Positions 26,620 to 34,819 of a DNA stretch of 48,503 bases are shown piece by piece (position 1 is the stretch's first letter; each line of letters opens with the position of its first letter). The stretch is from an uncultured Planctomycetia bacterium (GTDB lineage Bacteria > Planctomycetota > MHYJ01 > CAYXQY01). A program made the translations under genes and the position numbers. The notes beneath the pieces are model-generated. The model saw only the letters and a program-made list of their open reading frames with translations. It had not been told where the DNA came from and made no database searches. The stretch spans positions 1 through 48,503 of the forward strand of contig CAZQNZ010000002.1 in NCBI GenBank assembly GCA_964594615.1, in the 5' to 3' direction.

Positions 26620-27492
26620 ATGTTTGAAGGAGCATACGTCGCCATCGTTACACCGTTCACAAACAACGCAAAACAGATCGACGAAAAACGTTTCGAGGCC
26701 CTTGTCAACGAGCAGATTCAGGCCGGCATGGATGGGATCGTCGTCTCCGGTACCACCGGTGAATCACCGGCCCTTTCACGGAAGGAAAAACAGCAACTCA
26801 TCGACCTGACGGTGGAGATCGTGGACCGTCGAGTTCCGGTGATCGCGGGTACCGGTACATCGTCCACCGAAGCAACCATTGATCTCACCCAGTACGCTCG
26901 TTCAGCGGGGTGTGACGGTGCACTTGTCGTGACTCCTCCCTATAACAAACCGAATGCGGACGGATTGTACAGACACTATGCCCGACTGGAGGAGCAAACG
27001 GACCTGCCCATCATTCTTTATGACAATCCCGGGCGATCAGCAACGGCCATCACCGCGGAAACCGTCATCGAACTCGCCGAACTGGACGGCATTCAAGCAA
27101 TCAAGGAAGCCAGCGGCGACCTGACCCACAGCATGAAAATTCGAGAGCATTCGGACCTGAACCTGCTTTCCGGCAGCGATGCCCTGACGTACCCGCTGCT
27201 GTCACTTGGAGGAAACGGCGTGATCACGGTCACGGCAAACGTTTGTCCGGAACAGGTTTCTACCATGGTTCACAGTTACCTTAACGGGAACCACGATCAA
27301 AGCAGACAACTGCATGAAACCCTGTTTCCCCTGATGGACCTGCTCATGTCCGAGACCAATCCCATTCCGGTGAAAGCAGCTCTGGCCATGATGGAACGAA
27401 TTAACGGTGAGCTCCGTTCACCGCTCTGTGAGGCGAGTGAGAGTACACGTGAACAGTTACGGGACGAACTCGATCGTCTGGGCCGATTGTAA
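26620..27492 (+). CDS. dapA: 4-hydroxy-tetrahydrodipicolinate synthase
   Basis: 290-aa ORF. VSGTTGESPALS, VVTPPYNKP, ILYDNPGRS and AIKEASGD are present. A GGAG lies just upstream of the ATG. Confidence 0.95.
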   Translation: MFEGAYVAIVTPFTNNAKQIDEKRFEALVNEQIQAGMDGIVVSGTTGESPALSRKEKQQLIDLTVEIVDRRVPVIAGTGTSSTEATIDLTQYARSAGCDGALVVTPPYNKPNADGLYRHYARLEEQTDLPIILYDNPGRSATAITAETVIELAELDGIQAIKEASGDLTHSMKIREHSDLNLLSGSDALTYPLLSLGGNGVITVTANVCPEQVSTMVHSYLNGNHDQSRQLHETLFPLMDLLMSETNPIPVKAALAMMERINGELRSPLCEASESTREQLRDELDRLGRL

Positions 27493-27675
27493 CTCGTCCC
27501 TGCACACAACACATCAACACCCGACACACCGTTCCCGGGGCCACGATCTCAGGGATCATGAATAGCATATCTTTCGATGTGGACCCACGTACGGATCAGC
27601 TGGCCTTCGAGCTCCTCTTCTCCTTGAAACCTCGATAACGACCCGAAATTCTGCCTCCCTTTGTGGTCCGCCCGC

Positions 27676-28113
27676 TCAGGAAACCGCCTGCAGGGAACTC
27701 AACTCCTGAACTTCGCTGGCAAGTTTTTCGGAAACCTTCTCTGGATCGTACTGGTGCTTCAGAGTGAATTTTCGAGGAATGTACGTTCGCTTGTCTCCGT
27801 CACGGTAAAGGTATATGGATGGACTGCTTGGTTCATCCTCCGGCGCCCGACGTCGGACTTCTTTCGTGGCTTCGACATCCTCCCCTGCGAAGACCGTACC
27901 CGCATGGTCAATGTCCAGCTCGTCAAACACGTTTGCTACACCCTGTCGAATGGCCTCTCCGGCACATCCACACACCGAGTTGATCACGATCATGGAGGTT
28001 CCGTCCCGGTTCAGAAACTCATCCACCTCCTCGGAAGACGTTAACTCTTCGATGCCCTGCTCGACTAAGACCTCCCGCATTTCCTGAATCTCTTCTTCCG
28101 TTTTCTTACTCAT
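27676..28113 (-). CDS. BrxA/BrxB-family (DUF1094, bacilliredoxin-like) thiol-disulfide oxidoreductase
   Basis: From the ATG at 28113: MSKKTEEEIQEMREVLVEQGIEELTSSEEVDEFLNRDGTSMIVINSVCGCAGEAIR. This has the CGC redox motif and the N-terminal layout of the YphP/YqiW family. The track ORF start at 28209 is less likely. Confidence 0.8.
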   Translation of the reverse strand: MSKKTEEEIQEMREVLVEQGIEELTSSEEVDEFLNRDGTSMIVINSVCGCAGEAIRQGVANVFDELDIDHAGTVFAGEDVEATKEVRRRAPEDEPSSPSIYLYRDGDKRTYIPRKFTLKHQYDPEKVSEKLASEVQELSSLQAVS

Positions 28114-28340
28114 AAAAAGGACTGTACGTTGAAAGAAAAATAAAATTTCTGGCTTTTCGGAATGTTGCTCGCCTGACTCCTCATGTTCCGTTCGATCATG
28201 AGTACTCATTGTACGCCCCCGGCCTCCTTAATATCAATTTCAACGTGGTACTGCACCTGCAGACCTCAAAAACGACGTGTTCGAGCAGGACCGTCGATCG
28301 GCGCCTCCATCCAGCTGTTCTTTCTGACAACACCTGATCT

Positions 28341-29072
28341 TCAACGTCCAAGCACGGCCACCTGAACGGAAGACGCACCGGCTTCTTTCAACACCGTTCC
28401 GGCTGCGTTCAGCGTGCTCCCCGTCGTCATCACATCGTCCACCAGAAGCACGTCCCGTTCGTCCACACAACCTGCCTCACGCACGTCAAACACATCCGGT
28501 GTAATGTTCGTGACACGTTCTTCACGACTGAGCTCCACCTGCGGAGTGGTCGATCTCGTTTTACAAAGCGCATCCGGGTGAGCCGGTATCTCCGTGACCT
28601 CGCTGACGCCCGAAGCAATCACCCGGGCCTGATTGAACCAGCGGCTGGCCTCGCGGTACGGCGTCAACGGAATGGAGACGACGATCTCGTATGCGGCCCG
28701 TCCCGCCTGATCCTCAATGTGCCGCCCCAGCATCTTTCCAAGTGCAAACCCGATGACGGGACGGTTTTCAAACTTCATCATGTGAATCCAGCGCTGAAGG
28801 GGAGGGGTGTAACGGCCGAGGGCGTAAACACCGTCGAAGGAAAACTCACGGTCACGACAGTTTCTGCAATTCCTCCGGTCCGCCGTGGCCGGCCCGAGAA
28901 ACTGGCCACAGGAGCCACAACGTCCTCCTTCCTCTCGATCCAGCAGAGCACGGCATGTCCTGCAGAGGGGTTGACCGGCATCTCCTGAAAACGGTTGCCA
29001 GCAATGAAGGCAGAAGGTGGGAAACGCCACGGAGAGGACATCCTCCAGCCAGTGACTCAACGGTCGCCCCAT
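28341..29072 (-). CDS. comF: ComF family protein (phosphoribosyltransferase fold with N-terminal zinc-finger Cys pairs)
   Basis: Cys pairs CLHC..CRTC..CGSCG..CRNC are followed by the PRT loop VLLVDDVMTTGSTL. The start is chosen at the ATG at 29072. The upstream ATG at 29135 would overlap the preceding gene by 35 nt. Confidence 0.8.
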   Translation of the reverse strand: MGRPLSHWLEDVLSVAFPTFCLHCWQPFSGDAGQPLCRTCRALLDREEGGRCGSCGQFLGPATADRRNCRNCRDREFSFDGVYALGRYTPPLQRWIHMMKFENRPVIGFALGKMLGRHIEDQAGRAAYEIVVSIPLTPYREASRWFNQARVIASGVSEVTEIPAHPDALCKTRSTTPQVELSREERVTNITPDVFDVREAGCVDERDVLLVDDVMTTGSTLNAAGTVLKEAGASSVQVAVLGR

Positions 29073-29100
29073 CCCTTTCGAACAATGTTTCGGGACTGAA

Positions 29101-30321
29101 TCAGGCTTCTGCGAGGTCCTTGAAGTCTCGGTCATCCCAGAACTCTTTGAACGCCTCGTCGTTCAGGGCTTCGTCCTTGTATTCACTGTCGATGGAGATC
29201 GATTTCTCCAGAAACTCCAGCATGCGATCTTTTCGACTCATCAGCGCGTACGTCCGGGAAATGTCGTACAGCAGGGAGGGACTTTCCGGCGAATGTTCAA
29301 GCGATTCCTGCAATTCCTTCAGGGCCATCTCATGCTGCCCCTTTTGATTCAGCACACCGGCTTTTCGCTGAATCGCCAGGTGATGGTCCGGTTTCATATC
29401 CAGCACATCGTCGTATTTATCAAGCGCTTCATCCGATTTTTCGGTCAGGTCAAGCAAGGAGGCTTCCAGAAACAACCGCTGTGCTTCTGCTTCACGCTCG
29501 AACTGATTATGCAGTTCACGAAGGTTTTCCTCGATGTTGGATTCCACCTGTTTAATCTCACGTTCGATCTGAACCTCCACGTCCTCGTGCAGATCCTGGA
29601 GCGTATGCTCCACCTCTTTTTCCGCCTGTTCCCGCAGTGTGCTGATTTCCTCACGTATACGCTGAGCACTGTTCTCTTCAAGAAGTTCCGTGTACCGCTC
29701 GAGTTCCCCTTCTTTTTCCTCCTTCAGATTCGAAAGAAACTCCCTCATCTCGACCTTTTTGTCCTCAAACTGCTCGGCATACCGATCCGTCAGCTTACTG
29801 ACCTCCTCCGCTTCTTCGACGTACTCTTCCGCCTCACGGATGACTTCTTTCACCTGCTTCAGCTTATATCCGCCAATTGAAAACACCACAACCACAAACA
29901 GAATCAGGAATCCAAGACTGGTGAACGCGATGATGGTCATCATGTCTCCCATGATGCCCTGGCCTCCGGCCGGCACCCGGGTTTGCCCGACGGTATACTG
30001 ATCCACTCCTTCCTCGTTCCACCACGTCATCCACTCCGACCGATCCGCGGGAAGGGACTTCCCGGTAATCTTCTGCAACGACTGATGAGCGGCTTTTCGA
30101 ACGGATTCTTCCTGATCGTCGAGCTGCCGGATGAGGGGTTTGACCGCCCACTCCGCTTCGGTCGCCCCAAGCTGTCGTGCCTCCCGGGCTCGGACCTCCG
30201 GATTGGAGTGATTCAGCCGCTGTAGAGAAGCGTCCGACGCTGGTTCCTGAGATTCTGCAAGTACAGGAACCAGAATGAACAAGAGCGTCAGTGATAGCAG
30301 GTAGTGATATCGATTCATCAT
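29101..30321 (-). CDS. Bitopic membrane protein: signal peptide, HEAT-like periplasmic segment, TM helix, E/K-rich coiled coil, TPR-like C-terminus
   Basis: 406-aa ORF. MMNRYHYLLSLTLLFILVPVLAESQEP, then NPEVRAREARQLG..LIRQLDDQEESVRKAAHQSL. TM helix MTIIAFTSLGFLILFVVVVFSIGGY, then about 130 aa of E/K/L-rich sequence. C-terminal helical repeats follow (ALDKYDDVLDMKPDHHLAIQRKAGVLNQKGQHEMALKEL...). The start lies 4 nt after the TolC stop. Confidence 0.7.
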   Translation of the reverse strand: MMNRYHYLLSLTLLFILVPVLAESQEPASDASLQRLNHSNPEVRAREARQLGATEAEWAVKPLIRQLDDQEESVRKAAHQSLQKITGKSLPADRSEWMTWWNEEGVDQYTVGQTRVPAGGQGIMGDMMTIIAFTSLGFLILFVVVVFSIGGYKLKQVKEVIREAEEYVEEAEEVSKLTDRYAEQFEDKKVEMREFLSNLKEEKEGELERYTELLEENSAQRIREEISTLREQAEKEVEHTLQDLHEDVEVQIEREIKQVESNIEENLRELHNQFEREAEAQRLFLEASLLDLTEKSDEALDKYDDVLDMKPDHHLAIQRKAGVLNQKGQHEMALKELQESLEHSPESPSLLYDISRTYALMSRKDRMLEFLEKSISIDSEYKDEALNDEAFKEFWDDRDFKDLAEA

Positions 30322-30325
30322 CGAA

Positions 30326-32005
30326 CTATCTCATGTATTTGGAAACCATCATGCCTGTGGCGTTGCGTAATTCAGCAAGCGAGGTTGCATAATCCATCCG
30401 TGCTTTGACAAGTCGTGCTTTCGCCCGTCGAAGATCATCCTGCAGCCGAAGCACCTGAAACGTCGTCGACAACCCGGCTTCCTGCCGGGCCGTCTCGGCT
30501 TCAAGCTGCTTCTCCGCAAGGTTTTTTGATTTTCGGGCAATTTCGATCCGATTTTTAGCGGACTCGACGTTACGTATTCCGGAGCGTACCTGACGGGCGA
30601 TGGTAGTTTCAAGCTTTCGCCTGCGGAGCTGTAGTTTGCGTCGGTCCAGTTTCCTCTTTCGTTCCCTGCTGGACCGGGAACGATTCCAGAGGGGATAGCT
30701 AAAAATCAATCCGGCTGTCCAGGTACGAAAATCGTCCTCCACAATTTGCTCAAACGTGTCATTCCGCTGCTCATCCAGGCTCGTTCGCCGATAGGAAACT
30801 TCCAGGTCCAGTTCCGGTTTCGTAAGACTTTCAGCCCGCTTCACCAGCTGATCCACCGCATCAATTTCCATATCCAGGGCCTGAAGGTCCATCCGGGTCT
30901 TCGTGGCAAGCTCAACAAGCTTCTGCTGGTCTTTCAGGGCCGGAGCGGTCGTATCCGGTTCGGTGGCCGTTCGGATCTTCACGTCCCAGTCCGCACTGGT
31001 GGTACCGGGGGGAGAAATAAGCTGAATCAGCCGATCTCTTGCGTCCCGAACCTCGTTCTCACGAATTCGGAGCTGTTCCTGACGTTCCGTTAGCTGGGTC
31101 CGTGCCTGCAGAAGAGCCGACTGCGGAATACGATCCGCCTGGTAACGCGCCCGGTTCACTTCAACCGTCTCTTCCGCAAGCTCCAGCGCGTTCTCTGCAA
31201 TTTTCCGTTCCTCTTCGGTGCGAGCAAGCTGCCAGTATGCCCGGTGAACCGCAAAAATTTGATCGTTGATCGTGGAGAGTTCCTCGTACTGCTGCTTTGT
31301 TAACCGATGGAGTCTCGCTCGATATTGGGCCAGCTGTACCTCCGGTCCGAACCCCCGCAGGAGTGGTTGTGAAAGAGCGATTCCGAACGCCCCCTGAAAC
31401 TGTGGATTCAGCGTGCGAAACGTTGAGTTGGACTCGTCCCGGATCAGCTCGTAGAACAGGTCGTATTCCATGCCCAGAACTGTCGCACCACGTACTCCCG
31501 CACGCCGGGTCCGCTCTTCGGATTCGAGTGTGGCCGCCCCTGAGAGCTGCGTCCCCGTCGGCTGACGAGCATCTTCTCGCTCCAATCGGCCATACAACTC
31601 CGGATCAAACGTCCCGAGGGCCTCCCGGGCTTCGGCGCGAGCGATACGCGGATTCAGCGAAGAAATCAGAATCCGTTGATTCTCACCCAGGGCGAGCTGT
31701 ACGGCATCGCTAAGGGTCAGTTCGAGGGTCCCGGACGCGCTGGACAGATCGGGGGAACCCTCCGTATTCGTGTGTTTCTCGGACTCATCGCCCGCTGACC
31801 CATTTTGTGTCTCGTTACGCGTGACCTCTTTCCAGCGATCGTAGCTGGCACGGTGTTTCTCCAGAAGATCCTGACGGGCGGTCCGTTCAGAGGAGGTTAT
31901 CGGGGCACACGACCAGAGCAGTGGAAATACAAACCCAATGAGTAAAGTGATGTGCGCAACCAGCAGAACCGGTTTGAACGATCTGTAACGGCTGTACAAC
32001 GTCAC
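30326..32005 (-). CDS. TolC-family outer membrane efflux lipoprotein
   Basis: 559-aa ORF with a GTG start. Lipobox LLWSC. LTLSDAVQLALGENQRILISSLNPRIARAEAREALGTFDPEL opens the first of two internally repeated helical halves, typical of outer membrane factor proteins. Confidence 0.85.
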   Translation of the reverse strand: MTLYSRYRSFKPVLLVAHITLLIGFVFPLLWSCAPITSSERTARQDLLEKHRASYDRWKEVTRNETQNGSAGDESEKHTNTEGSPDLSSASGTLELTLSDAVQLALGENQRILISSLNPRIARAEAREALGTFDPELYGRLEREDARQPTGTQLSGAATLESEERTRRAGVRGATVLGMEYDLFYELIRDESNSTFRTLNPQFQGAFGIALSQPLLRGFGPEVQLAQYRARLHRLTKQQYEELSTINDQIFAVHRAYWQLARTEEERKIAENALELAEETVEVNRARYQADRIPQSALLQARTQLTERQEQLRIRENEVRDARDRLIQLISPPGTTSADWDVKIRTATEPDTTAPALKDQQKLVELATKTRMDLQALDMEIDAVDQLVKRAESLTKPELDLEVSYRRTSLDEQRNDTFEQIVEDDFRTWTAGLIFSYPLWNRSRSSRERKRKLDRRKLQLRRRKLETTIARQVRSGIRNVESAKNRIEIARKSKNLAEKQLEAETARQEAGLSTTFQVLRLQDDLRRAKARLVKARMDYATSLAELRNATGMMVSKYMR

Positions 32006-32077
32006 TCATCTTAAACGTTCTGATGGATCCACCGGCGACCCGATCTCCAATTCTTCTGATGCTCGACGTGCGCTCCC

Positions 32078-33061
32078 TTACTCGTCTCCGTTACCGGACG
32101 TATCGTTTGTCGTCTCCGGGTTGGTCAGCCGGACCGTCTTCATGACCAGCGGACTCTTTGGCTGGTCCGTGTGATCCACCCCGCAGATGCCGCCGAGTTC
32201 GTTGTGATCCGTCTTGACCTGCTCCTGAATCTGCTGGAGCACGGACCGGCTATCCTGATTCACGCGACCGATAATTGTATACTGCCCGTCGAGCATCGGT
32301 TGCTCTCCAAGCGTAATGAAAAACTCCGCACCGGACGTACGTGTTTTGTGGCCGTGTGCCATAGAAACGGTTCCGAGCAGATGCCTGCGGTCACTTATTT
32401 CCGGGGGAACCCCCTTCTGCGTACCGCTCGAAGCCTCCGCCCCACCCTGCAGCAGATACCCCTTGATCAACCGGTTGAATTTCGTTCCGTCATACGATTC
32501 GTTACGGATCAACTGAAGAACGTGAAACACGTTCGCAGGGGCCTCCCGGTGATAGAATTGCACGAACAGAGGGGCATAGCCTTCGACATCGATCTTCGCC
32601 CGGCGCTCCGTGAAATAATATCCGGTCTTCGAATCGCTGGAAAGATCGTCGTGGGACCACTGCACCTTCAATTTTACGGGACGATCCCATTGCTGTTTGG
32701 GCGTGATGTGGACGGTTTTCCCGAGAAACCCACCCGGTTCGATGGTCTTTTTGACACTGTTCTCCGTCGTTCCAATGGACGTCTCGACCGTGTTCCCATT
32801 CACGGATACGCTCAATCCGTGCTCCAGTTGTTGGGGCACCTTGGCCGACACTGGTTCCTCCCCCGTGTTCGCAATGCGAATCCGTACCGTCAAGGATCCC
32901 TCTTTCACGATCACCGGATCCGTGAGTTCCAGATTAACCTCGGTCTCGGCAGAGGCAAACGCACCCATTGATAGCGCAAAGCCACACACCAATAGAAACG
33001 TGAGGAATACCCGGTGAAGAATTCGATCAAACGTGCCTGAATTTTTTTCGTTCATATCCAT
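32078..33061 (-). CDS. Exported cyclophilin-type peptidyl-prolyl isomerase domain protein with N-terminal beta-rich domain
   Basis: 327-aa ORF. Hydrophobic N-terminus VFLTFLLVCGFALSMGAFASA. C-terminal half YDGTKFNRLIKGYLLQGG..HLLGTVSMAHG..SGAEFFITLGEQPMLDGQYTIIGRV follows the cyclophilin signature. Confidence 0.8.
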   Translation of the reverse strand: MDMNEKNSGTFDRILHRVFLTFLLVCGFALSMGAFASAETEVNLELTDPVIVKEGSLTVRIRIANTGEEPVSAKVPQQLEHGLSVSVNGNTVETSIGTTENSVKKTIEPGGFLGKTVHITPKQQWDRPVKLKVQWSHDDLSSDSKTGYYFTERRAKIDVEGYAPLFVQFYHREAPANVFHVLQLIRNESYDGTKFNRLIKGYLLQGGAEASSGTQKGVPPEISDRRHLLGTVSMAHGHKTRTSGAEFFITLGEQPMLDGQYTIIGRVNQDSRSVLQQIQEQVKTDHNELGGICGVDHTDQPKSPLVMKTVRLTNPETTNDTSGNGDE

Positions 33062-33257
33062 AACGAACCCGTAAACCGTTTCGAAACAAGAAGTTGAAGA
33101 GTGAATGTAAAATCAATCTAACATGGAGGCAAGTTATCAAAACCTCCCTCAGAAATCAATTTTCTACCTCGTAATAAATTCAGTTTTGTCTTAGAATGGT
33201 GAAAACAAGTTCATTTTCGGATCGTTTTTCGTTCCTCATGCCACATCCGCCGCACAT

Positions 33258-34736
33258 ATGGTAGATACCACTCCTCAAAAGCGGACCCCTTCTTTCCTGA
33301 CCAGCCCGGAAGGCAAAAAAATTCTGTTCTACGTGCTCTTGCTGGTCGTGGTTCTGGCCATGATCCTCTATGCCTATTTCACCCGGGAAGCCGCCACCAG
33401 TAACTGGCAGGACGTGTTTAAAAATACGTCCATCAACCGAAAGAACCTTGTCCGATCCAACCCGTACAAACGTCTGCTGCAGGACCTCCGCAACATGGAT
33501 GGCAGACAGTACAATCAAATTCGAAAGCGGGAACGGTCCTTTCAACTGGATGCCACGGAACTCCGGACGGGAAACCGGGATGCCCGGGGGCGGATCATCT
33601 CATTTCAGGGCGTCCTGACACGATCCATTCCCATTGAACTGCCGCTTGCCGGGTCCCCGGTCACCGTGCAGGACCTGCGCATTCGCAATGAAACAAGGAA
33701 CCTCACCTTCCGTGTACATCTGGTGCGCCCCCCCGATTCCCCCCTTAAACCGGGAAGCTTGATCCGGGGAACCGGCGTCTATTTGATGACCGCCTCCTCC
33801 GGGCAAAACCGGACTCCGTCCGATCAAAACACGGAGAAGCACGTATACCTGATGGCCCGAAGCGTGGACGTACTGAACGAGCAGCAACCGGACACGGCGC
33901 AGGAACAGCGAAAAGATGAAACCTCCCCGGAACCCAGATTGAAGGACGGAGCGTCGAAGGAGGACGATGCCTCCACCGCTGATCTTGCCCCTCCAGAAGA
34001 CTATACGAATCAACAAGCGGTCACAGCCTACTGGCATAAACTGCTTGGTGATATCGAGAAGCAATCCCGTCTGGAGTTCACGGATCCGCTTTTTAAGCAG
34101 ATGGTCCAGGAAGTCTCGAAGGTACCGACACGCCGTTTGACGGACTGGGTGAACGCCAATCTCTCTCCAAACCAGCTCAAACCAATTCAAAAAGCCGGCA
34201 CGCATCGTGGAGACGTCATCGCCTTCAAGGGAAAATACGTACAGCAGTACGCACGGGAGCTCCTGGGAGGGCCCCAGGAACAGGAGGTCATCTGGGAATA
34301 CTGGATCCGGGATCAGAAAAACCACATAACGTACACGTTTTACACCCTTGAAAAAGCGGATTTTGAAATAAGCCGGGGCTCGGCGGTTCAGGGCACCGGT
34401 GTGTATCTGAACACACAGCTTTACGATCTACTGAATCCGCAGGGGGAACGGACCCAGGGACGGCATGTGCTCGTACTGGGTCCCCGACTTCGTCCCTTTT
34501 TCACGCCCTCCGCGTCCGAACAATCGGCTCCCATTCGCTGGTTTGAATACACGCTGATGGGGCTGATTGTCTTCTTTTTCGGTCTCTTCCTCGTCATGGT
34601 CTATATTTCGATGAGCAATGATCCGCAGGGTCCGGGTGAATACGTCAGTGATATCCGAAAACGGAAACTGAAAAACAAGGAGGGAGATCCGAACACCGGG
34701 GATTCCCAGGAACCTCCTTTTACGGATTCCAGCTGA
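33258..34736 (+). CDS. Hypothetical membrane protein with TM helices at both ends and an internal domain duplication
   Basis: 492-aa ORF. TM helices ILFYVLLLVVVLAMILYAYF near the N-terminus and LMGLIVFFFGLFLVMVYISM near the C-terminus. Two related segments: RGRIISFQGV...IRGTGVYLMT and RGDVIAFKGK...VQGTGVYLNT. I recognise no family. Confidence 0.65.
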   Translation: MVDTTPQKRTPSFLTSPEGKKILFYVLLLVVVLAMILYAYFTREAATSNWQDVFKNTSINRKNLVRSNPYKRLLQDLRNMDGRQYNQIRKRERSFQLDATELRTGNRDARGRIISFQGVLTRSIPIELPLAGSPVTVQDLRIRNETRNLTFRVHLVRPPDSPLKPGSLIRGTGVYLMTASSGQNRTPSDQNTEKHVYLMARSVDVLNEQQPDTAQEQRKDETSPEPRLKDGASKEDDASTADLAPPEDYTNQQAVTAYWHKLLGDIEKQSRLEFTDPLFKQMVQEVSKVPTRRLTDWVNANLSPNQLKPIQKAGTHRGDVIAFKGKYVQQYARELLGGPQEQEVIWEYWIRDQKNHITYTFYTLEKADFEISRGSAVQGTGVYLNTQLYDLLNPQGERTQGRHVLVLGPRLRPFFTPSASEQSAPIRWFEYTLMGLIVFFFGLFLVMVYISMSNDPQGPGEYVSDIRKRKLKNKEGDPNTGDSQEPPFTDSS

Positions 34737-34819
34737 TGCGAACACGTTCACCGTCGTTCCCCCGTGCTCTCATCAATATATTACCCTCATCCATCTGAAC
34801 GGATTCACACGCTTGAACC

